DNA of 63,655 nucleotides, counting the filler. It is 4 parts of 4 records of this genome, joined end to end, with 100 filler letters (N's around TTAATTAATTAA, not from the genome) between each part and the next. Parts side by side here need not be neighbours in the genome. Positions count along the whole stretch, not along the records: positions 43,420 to 56,040 come from DRR723986_4826; positions 56,141 to 63,655 come from DRR723986_4828; 2 more parts are not named here. One strand, given 5' to 3'. Both the position numbers and the translations under genes were made by a program. Below, piece after piece: positions 47,785-57,381 of this stretch (position 1 is its first letter; each line of letters starts with the position of its first letter). The notes beneath the pieces are model-generated. The model made no database searches. It was not told where the DNA came from and saw nothing but the letters and a program-made list of their open reading frames with translations.

Positions 47785-48501
47785 ATGAATAAAATTTATC
47801 CAAATGCAGAGGCCGCACTTGATGGGCTTCTCAACGATGGCATGACCATGATGGCTGGTGGTTTTGGGCTGTGTGGCATCCCTGAAAACCTTATTGCAGC
47901 TGTTCACGCAGCTGGCACAAAAGACATAACAATTGTTTCCAATAATTGCGGTGTTGACGGTTTCGGCCTTGGCATTTTGCTTGATGCAAAACAGATCAAA
48001 AAAATGATCAGCTCCTATGTGGGCGAAAACAAAGAGTTTGAGCGCCAATATCTGGAAGGTGAACTTGAACTTGAGTTTAACCCACAAGGTACACTGGCTG
48101 AACGCATTCGAGCTGGCGGGGCCGGCATTCCCGGCTTTTATGTAAAAACCGGTGTGGGTACGCTTATTGCCGAGGGCAAAGAGCACAAAGAGTTCGACGG
48201 CGAAACGTACATTATGGAAACAGGTCTGACTGCTGATCTGTCAATTGTGAAGGCTTGGAAAGCCGATACCGAAGGTAACCTGGTTTTCCGTAAAACAGCG
48301 CGTAATTTTAATCCAATGATGGCAACAGCTGGCACCACTACCGTTGTTGAGGTTGAGGAAATTGTTGAAGCAGGAACACTAAACCCCGACCACATTCACA
48401 CGCCGGGCATTTTTGTACAGCGCATTATCAAGGGTGATTTTGAAAAGCGTATTGAGCAGCGCACCATTCGCACCAGACCATCAGATGGGGAGCCAGCATA
48501 A
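47785..48501 (+). CDS. scoA: 3-oxoacid CoA-transferase subunit A
   Basis: [44 protein letters not shown]. Confidence 0.9.
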   Translation: MNKIYPNAEAALDGLLNDGMTMMAGGFGLCGIPENLIAAVHAAGTKDITIVSNNCGVDGFGLGILLDAKQIKKMISSYVGENKEFERQYLEGELELEFNPQGTLAERIRAGGAGIPGFYVKTGVGTLIAEGKEHKEFDGETYIMETGLTADLSIVKAWKADTEGNLVFRKTARNFNPMMATAGTTTVVEVEEIVEAGTLNPDHIHTPGIFVQRIIKGDFEKRIEQRTIRTRPSDGEPA

Positions 48502-49142
48502 TGACGGATATAAAAGGATGGGACCGCAATCAAATGGCGGCGCGGGCCGCGCAGGAATTGCAGGATGGCTTTTATGTGAACCTTGGAATTGGCATTCCCA
48601 CGCTTGTGGCCAACTACATTCCTGACGGTGTGCATGTAACATTGCAAAGTGAGAACGGCATGTTGGGTATGGGGCCATTTCCTTATGATGATGAAGTGGA
48701 CGCAGACCTTATCAATGCTGGTAAGCAAACCATAACAGAGCTGGATACCAGCTCATATTTTTCCAGCGCAGACAGTTTTGGTATGATCCGCGGTGGTCAT
48801 ATTGACTTGTCGATATTGGGCGCAATGGAAGTTGCCGAAAATGGTGACCTAGCGAATTGGATGATTCCTGGCAAAATGGTTAAAGGTATGGGTGGCGCCA
48901 TGGATTTGGTTGCAGGCGTTAAACGCGTTGTGGTGATTATGGATCACGCTAACAAAGCCGGTGCTTCAAAGTTACTTAAAAAATGTACGCTGCCACTTAC
49001 AGGTACTGGTGTTGTTGACCGCATAATAACCGGCCTGGGTGTTTTTGATGTTGTTGAGGGCGGGCTGAAGGTGGTTGAACTTGCCGACGGCGTTGTCATG
49101 ACTGACGTACAAACTGCTACAGAAGCAACAATTGTTGGATGA
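48501..49142 (+). CDS. scoB: 3-oxoacid CoA-transferase subunit B
   Basis: [13 protein letters not shown] active site, [21 protein letters not shown] overlap with subunit A. Confidence 0.9.
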   Translation: MTDIKGWDRNQMAARAAQELQDGFYVNLGIGIPTLVANYIPDGVHVTLQSENGMLGMGPFPYDDEVDADLINAGKQTITELDTSSYFSSADSFGMIRGGHIDLSILGAMEVAENGDLANWMIPGKMVKGMGGAMDLVAGVKRVVVIMDHANKAGASKLLKKCTLPLTGTGVVDRIITGLGVFDVVEGGLKVVELADGVVMTDVQTATEATIVG

Positions 49143-49146
49143 TAGA

Positions 49147-49190
49147 CAACAAAAGGAAGCTCGAGTCATTAACGGGACTTCCTTTTGTTG
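49147..49190. terminator. Inverted repeat between convergent genes
   Basis: CAACAAAAGGAAG ... CTTCCTTTTGTTG perfect 13-bp arms. Confidence 0.65.
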
Positions 49191-49208
49191 AAAATGTGTT
49201 CGGTGATT

Positions 49209-52097
49209 TTAGTTTGCGGGTGGGTTTAGCAAAATTGGGTCGCCGAACCCCAGTTCTTTCAACCGATCTATTTGAGTCGCCGCATCACCAGCAATAACAT
49301 AATGCATGGCATCAGGGCGTATGTACCGGTTTGCCAATGCTTTCACATCTTCAAGCGAGACAGTGGCGACATAATCCGCCCGCTGTTGGGCATAGTCGGC
49401 GGGGAACCCAAACATGCTAATGTTGGTAAGCATATTGAGTTTTGCTCTTTGCGTTTCAAAGGCGCGGGTTTGGCTTTTACTCAGGAAGCTTTTCGTAACC
49501 GCTAAGTCAGCCTCGGTGAATGTCGCAGAGTATTCTTCCATGATGGATTTAACCAAATCGGTTGCCTCGAAGGTTATATTAGAGCGAACGCCAGAGCTAA
49601 TCTGGAAGTATCCTGAGTTTTTCAAGCCAATAAACCCGGACCCAATACCATATGTATAGCCTTTTCCTTCGCGCAGTTGCTGCGTAAGCCGCGAAGCAAA
49701 ACCACCACCGCCCAAGATGTAATTCATCACGGTTGCTGGGTAATATCCTTCGCTATCAATGGTAAGGGCTGGATAACCAAACCTGATAATTGATTGCTTA
49801 GCACCCGGGACATCGTAGAAGTATACTTTTGACTCTGCAGGCGTTTGCAACGCCGGATATTCAGGCATAACAACATTTTTTGTTTGCCATGAGCTTGCCA
49901 GGCGCCTTACAGCTTCAATTGCTTGATCTTTACCAACATCCCCAACTACATGCAGTTTGGCCATATGAGAAGACAAGTTGCTGTCATAAAATTGCTTCAA
50001 GTTATCTACCGTGATGATCGCAACTGACTCAGAGGAACCAAGAATGTTCTGCCCTAATATATGGTCGCCGCCGTATATTGCGCGCCTAAAGGCAGAGTTT
50101 GCCAGAGCATTTGGATTGGCAAGTTGCTGGGTCAGCTGATCTAATATTCGAATTTTTGTTAGCGCGAATTCATCCTCGTCCCATCGAGGCTCAAGTATCA
50201 TTTCGGCTACAATGTTCATCACTTCATTAAAATTCCGCGAGAGAGTTGCGCCAGAAATTGTTATGTTTTCCGGGTTTGCTGATACTGAAACGTTGGCCCC
50301 GAGAGCTTTGAGTGCGTCCTCCAGTTCGGCCGGTGTTTTTGAGCGGGTTCCCTTGTTCATCATTTCGGCTACAAAATTTGCCATGCCGGGCTTTTCCAGC
50401 GAATCCAGAAGCTGACCACCTTCGACGATTAAGCTAAAACGAACAGTTGGCGTTTCAGTACTTTCCGAACCAAATACTTGCAGACCGTTTTCAAATTGAT
50501 GGTTCCAAACAACCGGAACAGGCAGTGTGGGTGTTTTGCCGTAAGGTGGCTCTATGGTGCGATCGAAGCTGGACGGTGTTCGCTCATATGTTGCAACAAC
50601 ATTGGGGTCTACTGCGGCTTCTGCGCCGGCAACAATTTGCTCTTCCTCAACTGCCGCAAGTTCTGCGCCCGCAAGAATAAGGTCGCTTTGGCCTTTGGGG
50701 ACAAAGCTAGTGGCAACATAAGGTTTGTCTTTGATATATTGTTGGTAGACACGCATTACATCTTCGCTTGTCACACTTTTAATACGAGCAAGGTCTGTAT
50801 CAATGTAACCTGGGTCCTTGGTGTAAATTTGATAGTTGGCCATATTAAAGCCTTTACCCAGTACGCTGCCAATGCCGCTGTAGAAAGCAGCCTCAGCCTG
50901 TGTTTTGATGCGGTCAAGGTCGCCCTTATCAATGCCGCTCGCTTCAAAGTCAGCAAAAGCTTGGTTCACCGCAGTACGAACAGTGTTCAAATTGGTGCCA
51001 TTTACGGCTCTGATTTGTAGAGTTAGCTGGCCCGCAACTTCAGATTCGTATGGGAACATGCCAACCGAAGTGGTCAACTTCAGTTCATCAACAAGTAATT
51101 TGTTAAACGGTGTATCTTTGCCATCGGTCAATAAGCTGCGCAAAACCGCAAGCGGGTAACTATCTTCGTGGTATATTGGCACGGTTGGCCACGTCATGCG
51201 CAGTTCTGGTTGGCGAGCAAAATTATCTTCCCAGTAATAGCTTTTAATTTCCTCGAGGCGCCCAGGTTCTTTTTCCTGCAGGGGAATTTCTGGCCCGCGC
51301 GGAATTTCGGCAAAGTATTTTTCAACCCATTGTTTGGCTTGTGCTGTGTCAAAGTCACCAGAGATTGTGAGGATTACATTGTTGGGCACATACCAACGCC
51401 TGAAAAATTCTTTAACGTCGTCCAAAGTCGCGGCATCCAGGTCTTGTAGTGATCCAATTACCTGCCAGCTGTATGGGTGGCCTTCGGGATACAGTGCTTT
51501 GTCTGTAACATATTGAGCATGGCCGTAAGCCCGGTTATCGACACCTTGGCGTTTTTCGTTTTTGACAACTTGCTTTTCCTTGGCCAATACGGGTTCCGTT
51601 ACCGTGTTAATGAACCAGCCTAATTTGTCGGCTTCCGCCCAAAGCATTTTCTCCAGCGCATCTTTTGGTACAGTTTGGAAATAATTGGTGCGGTCACGAC
51701 TGGTTGACCCATTGGCCCCAGAGCCGCCAATGCGGGCGCTCAGTTTATCCAGCCCGCCTTTGCCAAGATTTTCAGATTCGAGAAATAGAAGATGTTCGAA
51801 CAAATGGGCGAATCCGGTGCGTCCCGCTTTTTCCCGGGCTGAGCCGACATGAGCAGTGAGCGCAACGGCAACAACTGGGTCAGACCGGTCTGTGTGCATG
51901 ATAACGGTCAAGCCGTTTGCGAGTTGGTATTTTTCGAAAGGTACCAGACCCTGAGACACATCCTGTGTATCGACTTGGCTGTCGCCTTGTTGGTTTTCCC
52001 TCGGTGGCTCAGTGCAGCCTATAACAGTAAGCATGAAGCTGACTGCTAATGCAGTTCTGAAAAACTTCTCGAATGTCATACCAAGGGGCTTATGCAT
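49209..52097 (-). CDS. M16 family (pitrilysin-like) zinc peptidase, probable lipoprotein
   Basis: TGFAHLFEH (HxxEH), lipobox VIG-C, C-terminal SRL...LREGKGYTY. Confidence 0.92.
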   Translation of the reverse strand: MHKPLGMTFEKFFRTALAVSFMLTVIGCTEPPRENQQGDSQVDTQDVSQGLVPFEKYQLANGLTVIMHTDRSDPVVAVALTAHVGSAREKAGRTGFAHLFEHLLFLESENLGKGGLDKLSARIGGSGANGSTSRDRTNYFQTVPKDALEKMLWAEADKLGWFINTVTEPVLAKEKQVVKNEKRQGVDNRAYGHAQYVTDKALYPEGHPYSWQVIGSLQDLDAATLDDVKEFFRRWYVPNNVILTISGDFDTAQAKQWVEKYFAEIPRGPEIPLQEKEPGRLEEIKSYYWEDNFARQPELRMTWPTVPIYHEDSYPLAVLRSLLTDGKDTPFNKLLVDELKLTTSVGMFPYESEVAGQLTLQIRAVNGTNLNTVRTAVNQAFADFEASGIDKGDLDRIKTQAEAAFYSGIGSVLGKGFNMANYQIYTKDPGYIDTDLARIKSVTSEDVMRVYQQYIKDKPYVATSFVPKGQSDLILAGAELAAVEEEQIVAGAEAAVDPNVVATYERTPSSFDRTIEPPYGKTPTLPVPVVWNHQFENGLQVFGSESTETPTVRFSLIVEGGQLLDSLEKPGMANFVAEMMNKGTRSKTPAELEDALKALGANVSVSANPENITISGATLSRNFNEVMNIVAEMILEPRWDEDEFALTKIRILDQLTQQLANPNALANSAFRRAIYGGDHILGQNILGSSESVAIITVDNLKQFYDSNLSSHMAKLHVVGDVGKDQAIEAVRRLASSWQTKNVVMPEYPALQTPAESKVYFYDVPGAKQSIIRFGYPALTIDSEGYYPATVMNYILGGGGFASRLTQQLREGKGYTYGIGSGFIGLKNSGYFQISSGVRSNITFEATDLVKSIMEEYSATFTEADLAVTKSFLSKSQTRAFETQRAKLNMLTNISMFGFPADYAQQRADYVATVSLEDVKALANRYIRPDAMHYVIAGDAATQIDRLKELGFGDPILLNPPAN

Positions 52098-52306
52098 TAG
52101 TCTGCGCTCCGTTTTGCGAGGTTTGCTTTATTTGAGATAAATATATCTACAATTCACCATCCCTCACCAGAAAAAAGCAACAAATACACTTTCGTTTAAT
52201 AGTTGCTGTGCAATAGTTCAGAATAAAGTCTCGGTTGCTATTTGACGGTAACTGGTCATTATTGTTTCGGGTATGGAATGATAAGTCTTCTTTGGGGAGA
52301 AGCCTA

Positions 52307-52873
52307 ATGCAGCATTTCCGTTTGTTTAAAGTGCCGTCTTTTGCAGACTTGCCGCAAATGCAAGAATTATTGACTGCGTGGCAAAGCTGGCGTGCGAATG
52401 ACGTTGTACCATTGCGGTCCAATGTTAAGCTCTCGGATATTGACCGTTTTCTCAGTCATGCAATGCTGTTTGATATGGAACCTACTGGCCGTATTCATTG
52501 CCGGTATATAGGGTCGATTTTTCACGAAATTTATGGCCATGATTTCACAGGCCAAGATTATCTTGACATTACAGACGCGCGGTACCGTGATACGCGCTCT
52601 AAGCGTTTATATACAGCTGTTAATCACCCATGTATTGCAGTTTGGACAACCAAAGGTGAGGGCGATAGAAAAGGCTTGCCCCGTGCAGCAGGGGCATCTC
52701 TTCCAATTAGACCAGACGCAAGCGGGAAGCCCATGCAGCTGTTACAAGTTGTTGTGGAGCTTGATGATATTATTTTTTCTGAATTTTCGACTCAGGTCAA
52801 AAGAGAAAAAGTGGCATTTTCTGACCAATTTGCCTTGATCGATATCGGTGCAGGTGTACCAGTAGTTTCGTAA
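52307..52873 (+). CDS. Stand-alone PAS domain protein (PAS_5/DUF1457-like)
   Basis: W-x2-W...VPLRS...RYIGS...YGHDFTG pattern; GGAG RBS. Confidence 0.72.
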   Translation: MQHFRLFKVPSFADLPQMQELLTAWQSWRANDVVPLRSNVKLSDIDRFLSHAMLFDMEPTGRIHCRYIGSIFHEIYGHDFTGQDYLDITDARYRDTRSKRLYTAVNHPCIAVWTTKGEGDRKGLPRAAGASLPIRPDASGKPMQLLQVVVELDDIIFSEFSTQVKREKVAFSDQFALIDIGAGVPVVS

Positions 52874-52927
52874 ATTTTAGCTCATTCATTTTGTTCTACT
52901 CTGTACAACTTTTCACAATGTAAGTTT

Positions 52928-52955
52928 TTTTATGACAGTTTGATAAAACTGTAAC
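52928..52955. promoter_or_regulatory. Pho-box-like elements upstream of DUF47-pit
   Basis: CTGTCATAAAA on the minus strand (52938-52928) and GTTTGAT-AAAA-CTGTAAC on the plus strand (52938-52955). Confidence 0.5.
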
Positions 52956-53079
52956 ACTTCTTGCCTAAGTTCCGTTCCATGAGCCCAAGTTGTTTGCTGC
53001 GGGTCTAGTTCGCATGCTTGCTTCATAGGCTATTATTTTTTGGGTGCATAAGTCTCACAGACTTATTTTCGGGGGAATT

Positions 53080-53760
53080 ATGGTTTTGAAACCAACAATA
53101 GCAAACTTGTTTGCGCGTTCGCCAATCAAGCCATTGCAACAACATATTGATGTTGTGGGGCGCTGTGCGGCTGAGGTCGTTACCATGTTTGAAAATTTAA
53201 TTGGTGGCGATGAAGCTTTATTCAAAGCTTCGGTAGATAAAATATTTGCGCTTGAAGCTGAAGCTGACACCCTAAAACATGATTTGAGGGACCACCTGCC
53301 CAAGAGCTTGTTTATGCCAGTTGAGCGTGGCGACATCCTCAAAATCTTGGACTTGCAAGATCAAATTGCTGACACTGCGCAGGATATTGCCGGGCTGCTT
53401 CAGGTTCGAGCTTTTGAAGTGCCGCAATCTTTTAATGAACCGCTAATTGCCCTTGTTCGGCGCTGTGTAGACGCCTGTGTTTTATGCGAAAAAATTATAA
53501 ATGAGCTGGATGAACTTTTGGCCGTTGGTTTCCGTGGGCCAGAGATTGAAAAAGTTGGCGATATGATCAACGAACTCAATAAAATTGAATCTGAAACCGA
53601 CCAAATGGGTACGGATTTGACACGCCTCTTGTTCACAATGGAGGGCGAGATCAGCGATGTTTCTCTCATACTGTGGTCGCGGCTTATAAGGGATATTGGC
53701 GAGATAGCTGACTATGCTGAAATGGTCGGCAATCGGTTGCGCCTTCTGCTAGCCCGATAA
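53080..53760 (+). CDS. DUF47 / TIGR00153 phosphate transport regulator (PhoU-like fold)
   Basis: FARSPIKPLQQH, LEAEAD, LPKSLFMPVER, IESETD; directly upstream of pit. Confidence 0.9.
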   Translation: MVLKPTIANLFARSPIKPLQQHIDVVGRCAAEVVTMFENLIGGDEALFKASVDKIFALEAEADTLKHDLRDHLPKSLFMPVERGDILKILDLQDQIADTAQDIAGLLQVRAFEVPQSFNEPLIALVRRCVDACVLCEKIINELDELLAVGFRGPEIEKVGDMINELNKIESETDQMGTDLTRLLFTMEGEISDVSLILWSRLIRDIGEIADYAEMVGNRLRLLLAR

Positions 53761-53805
53761 CTTTTCTTAATTTCTCACAAAATTCTTGCCCGAGTTGGAG
53801 ACACC

Positions 53806-55071
53806 ATGGATATTATAGCGCAATACGGCACCGTTTTTATTGTTATTGCAGTCATTTTCGGCTTCTACATGACTTGGGGCATTGGTGCTAACGATGTTGC
53901 CAACGTGATGGGTACTTCGGTTGGGTCCGGGGCCATCACGGTAACGACAGCTATTATTATTGCGGCTATCTTTGAGTTTGCTGGCGCAGCATTGGCTGGT
54001 GGGCATGTGACCGAGACAATTCGTAAGGGAATTATTGACCCCACGCCGATTGCAGCCAGTCCAGAGATATTGATTTATGGGATGTTATCAGCGCTTCTGG
54101 CCGCCGCCATCTGGTTGATGGTGGCATCAAATCGAGGCTGGCCAGTATCTACGACGCATTCAATTATTGGTGCAATTGTGGGCTTTGCCGTGGCTGGCAT
54201 TGGTATGGACGCGGTTAACTGGTCGAAAATTGGTGAAATTGTGCTGAGCTGGCTAATTTCACCTGCCTTGGGCGCCGCGATTGCATTTACGCTCATGATC
54301 AGTATTCGAACGTTGATTTTGAATACGGACAACCCCTTCCAGCGCGCCAAAATTTGGGGACCAGTATATATTTTCCTGGTTGGCTTTATTATGTCTCTGG
54401 TGACGGTATTTAAAGGTTTGAAGCATTTAGATCTGGATCTTTCCGTTAACCAAAGTTTTGCTACAGCAACGGTGTTTGGCATACTGACAGCAGTTATAGG
54501 TTGGTTTTTGATTCGGCGGGTTAAAGTAGATGAGAAGGCCGACAAAGACTATCACTTCGCCAGCGTTGAAAAAGTGTTTACACCGATGATGATTTTCACA
54601 GCGTGTGGAATGGCGTTTGCACATGGATCTAACGACGTGGCAAACGGTGTTGGCCCTATTGCGGCGGTTGTTGGAATTGTGAACAGCGGCGGTGAAGTCT
54701 TACAGGCATCTGGCTTGCCTTTATGGATTTTGTTGATGGGCGGCGTTGGTATCATTGTTGGTCTGGCAACATACGGCTATAAGGTGATGCAAACCATTGG
54801 CACAAAAATTACTGAACTCACACCTACTCGGGGTTTCTCGGCAACCATGGCTGCTGCGGCAACTGTGGTGTTGGCGTCGAGAACAGGCATGCCCGTTTCA
54901 ACCACGCACATAGCCGTGGGAGCTGTTGTTGGGGTTGGCATGGCAAGGGGTGTGGGTGCAATTGATCTGCGCGTGATCACCGGCATCGTAATGTCATGGA
55001 TAATCACGCTGCCGGTCGGCGGTATTCTGGCTGCAATCGTATTCTTCATACTGCGGGCGCTTTTCTCGTAG
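53806..55071 (+). CDS. pit: Inorganic phosphate transporter, PiT family
   Basis: GANDVAN and GSNDVAN signatures; PVSTTH twice. Confidence 0.95.
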   Translation: MDIIAQYGTVFIVIAVIFGFYMTWGIGANDVANVMGTSVGSGAITVTTAIIIAAIFEFAGAALAGGHVTETIRKGIIDPTPIAASPEILIYGMLSALLAAAIWLMVASNRGWPVSTTHSIIGAIVGFAVAGIGMDAVNWSKIGEIVLSWLISPALGAAIAFTLMISIRTLILNTDNPFQRAKIWGPVYIFLVGFIMSLVTVFKGLKHLDLDLSVNQSFATATVFGILTAVIGWFLIRRVKVDEKADKDYHFASVEKVFTPMMIFTACGMAFAHGSNDVANGVGPIAAVVGIVNSGGEVLQASGLPLWILLMGGVGIIVGLATYGYKVMQTIGTKITELTPTRGFSATMAAAATVVLASRTGMPVSTTHIAVGAVVGVGMARGVGAIDLRVITGIVMSWIITLPVGGILAAIVFFILRALFS

Positions 55072-55139
55072 GCGTTAAAACGCGCCTGCAGTTCAATTAC
55101 TGCTCAAGTTTAATTGAATAAACTATTTTGTGAGAAAAA

Positions 55140-55215
55140 TGGTGCCGGCACCAAGATTCGAACTCGGGGCCTGATGATTACAAATCAACTGCTCTACCAA
55201 CTGAGCTATACCGGC
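55140..55215 (-). tRNA. tRNA-Thr(TGT)
   Basis: GCCGGTATAGCTCAGTTGGTAGAGCAGTTGATTTGTAATCATCAGG...GTTCGAATC...GCCGGCACCA, 76 nt with encoded CCA. Confidence 0.95.
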
Positions 55216-55474
55216 ATCATCGCGATCCAGGTTGCCGCGCTGGGCACCTTCCGCAAGGTTTCTGTGAAACCGGAGCACCGTATATCGCTGCATGAGCAAG
55301 CTTGCAAGAAAAAATGTGCATAATATGCACAAATAATCGACGTTAACGTTTCGCCTATTGAGAGAAATGCCTTCTGAATAATTGGCTATATTCGGACCTG
55401 GCATATTTATGCTCTTGCCGGGAGCGGATATCATCTTAAGATTGCTTCTAGAGTATCGGAAGAAAGGCACTGGT

Positions 55475-55948
55475 ATGTCTGATAATCACCACTATGAAAT
55501 TGACCTTGAATGGACTGGCAACCAAGGCAGTGGAACCAGCGCGTACAAGGCTTATTCTCGGGACTATTCTGTTTCAGTGGCGGGAAAGCCAACTTTGTCT
55601 GGATCATCTGACCCTGCATTTCTGGGTGATCCGACCCGTTATAACCCTGAGGACATGTTCTTGGCGTCAATTGCCAGCTGTCACATGTTATGGTTTTTGC
55701 ATTTGGCGAGCAGTGCCGGAATTGTCGTAGTATCCTATCAAGACAATGCATCAGGAGTTATGAAAACAAACCGTGATGGTTCGGGTGAATTTACCAGCGT
55801 AACCTTATCGCCTTCGCTGAAAATTACTGATGTATCCCGCGTGGCTGAAGCGACCGCCTTGCATGATAAGGTGGGTGACCTGTGTTTTATCGCTCGGTCT
55901 ATTAAGGTGCCTATTCATCATAATGTGACTGTCAGTGTTAAGCCTTAA
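55475..55948 (+). CDS. OsmC family protein
   Basis: WTGNQG, GSSDPAFLGD, NPEDMFLASIASCHMLWFL, second Cys in LCFIARS. Confidence 0.9.
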   Translation: MSDNHHYEIDLEWTGNQGSGTSAYKAYSRDYSVSVAGKPTLSGSSDPAFLGDPTRYNPEDMFLASIASCHMLWFLHLASSAGIVVVSYQDNASGVMKTNRDGSGEFTSVTLSPSLKITDVSRVAEATALHDKVGDLCFIARSIKVPIHHNVTVSVKP

Positions 55949-56040
55949 GCCATTGAATTTGCTGAGATGAAAGTTCAAGGCGTGGCCCAAGTACCGCAAC
56001 CGAATAACCTTGAAACATTACCTAAATCGTCACTTAACGG

Positions 56041-56140
56041 NNNNNNNNNNNNNNNNNNNNNNNNNNNNNNNNNNNNNNNNNNNNTTAATTAATTAANNNN
56101 NNNNNNNNNNNNNNNNNNNNNNNNNNNNNNNNNNNNNNNN
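56041..56140. other. Artificial contig linker
   Basis: 44 N + TTAATTAATTAA + 44 N. Confidence 0.98.
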
Positions 56141-56821
56141 CCACCAGCCATTGGTGGTTTGATAGCTGTCTTCGCCAAATTTCGGCAATTGCCCGGTGCC
56201 AAGCATCATTTCAGGGCGCACCAAAACCGGTGTCCATGTTTCGGTCAGCTGGTTTTGTTCGACATGATGATCCAGCATGAATTGCGCCAAGGCCCGATGC
56301 ACCCGCGCAACAGCCCCCTGCAGCACCATAAACCGCGCCCCCGATAGTTTGGCGGCGGTTTCAAAATCCATCCCCGCTAGAACGGCGGGAATGTCAAAAT
56401 GCTCTTTGGGCTGAAAATCCATCGAGCGGGGCGTGCCAAAGCGGCGCAATTCCACATTGTCGTCTTCGTCGGCGCCATCTGGCGTGTCGGCTGCGGGCGT
56501 GTTTGGCAGCGTCATCAGCAGATCGCTCAGCTGGCTGTCCAGCTCTTTGGCCTCGGCGGTCATCCGCGCCACTTCGGCTTTTTTGTCGGCCACCAGGGCG
56601 CGCAGCGCCTCGAATGCATCATTATCGCCACGGGCCTTGGCTGCGCCCACCTCTTTGCTGGCTTTGTTTTGCTCGGCCTGCGCGGTTTCTGCTGCGTGAA
56701 TCAGCGCGCGGCGTTTTTCATCCAGCGCCAGCACCTGTGCCGATACCGGTTCGGCCCCACGACGGGCAAGGGCGGCATCCAACGCGCCCGGATTTTCGCG
56801 GATGGCACGGATATCATGCAT
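56141..56821 (-). CDS. serS: Serine--tRNA ligase, 5' part (truncated)
   Basis: [11 protein letters not shown], coiled-coil arm, [20 protein letters not shown]. Confidence 0.94.
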
Positions 56822-57055
56822 CGGTAGTGTCCTTTGAATTGCTGTGCAGGTTGCGTTGCCGCCCTTTTGCACGATTTTGCCGGGAAGGAAAAGAACCTGA
56901 AATGGCGGCACAGCAGGGCTGAAACCCAACCGCGGCGATTTCCCCAGATTTCGCCCAAACTGCGCGGATCGCCTTGCAAAGACGCGCATCAGATCATAGG
57001 TTCCGCCCAACTTCGACAGGGCGCGTCTGTGCCCGTTCCAACAAGGATAAAAAAG

Positions 57056-57340
57056 ATGGAAGCCATTGGCCAGTTTGTACCGCTTATTCTGATCTTTGTG
57101 ATCATGTATTTCCTGCTGATCCGGCCGCAGCAGAAAAAGATGAAAGAGCATCAGGCCCTGGTGGCCGGGCTGCGCCGCGGTGATCAGGTTGTCACCCAAG
57201 GCGGGCTGATCGGCAAAGTGTCAAAGGTGAAAGACGACGCTGAAATCGAGGTGGAAATCGCCGAGGGCGTCAAAGTGCGCGTGGTGCGCCAGACGATTAC
57301 GCAAGTGTTGTCGAAAACCGAGCCCGCCGAAGCCAAGTAA
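57056..57340 (+). CDS. yajC: Preprotein translocase subunit YajC
   Basis: [24 protein letters not shown]. Confidence 0.95.
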   Translation: MEAIGQFVPLILIFVIMYFLLIRPQQKKMKEHQALVAGLRRGDQVVTQGGLIGKVSKVKDDAEIEVEIAEGVKVRVVRQTITQVLSKTEPAEAK

Positions 57341-57381
57341 GGCCTGGGTCAACGCTAAAGCCAATATAGTCAGGCGCAGAT

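Noticed and set aside
55140..55215. U-U mismatch in the tRNA-Thr anticodon stem
   Set aside because: The cloverleaf and CCA are otherwise intact; one such mismatch does not indicate a pseudogene
15145..56140. Three identical TTAATTAATTAA motifs flanked by N runs
   Set aside because: Artificial concatenation linkers; cross-contig associations (e.g. comEC in contig A with comEA in contig B) are meaningless
56822..57199. Extended N-termini of serS and yajC in the ORF track, implying overlapping genes
   Set aside because: Recognisable starts are at 56821 (serS) and 57056 (yajC), leaving a normal divergent intergenic region
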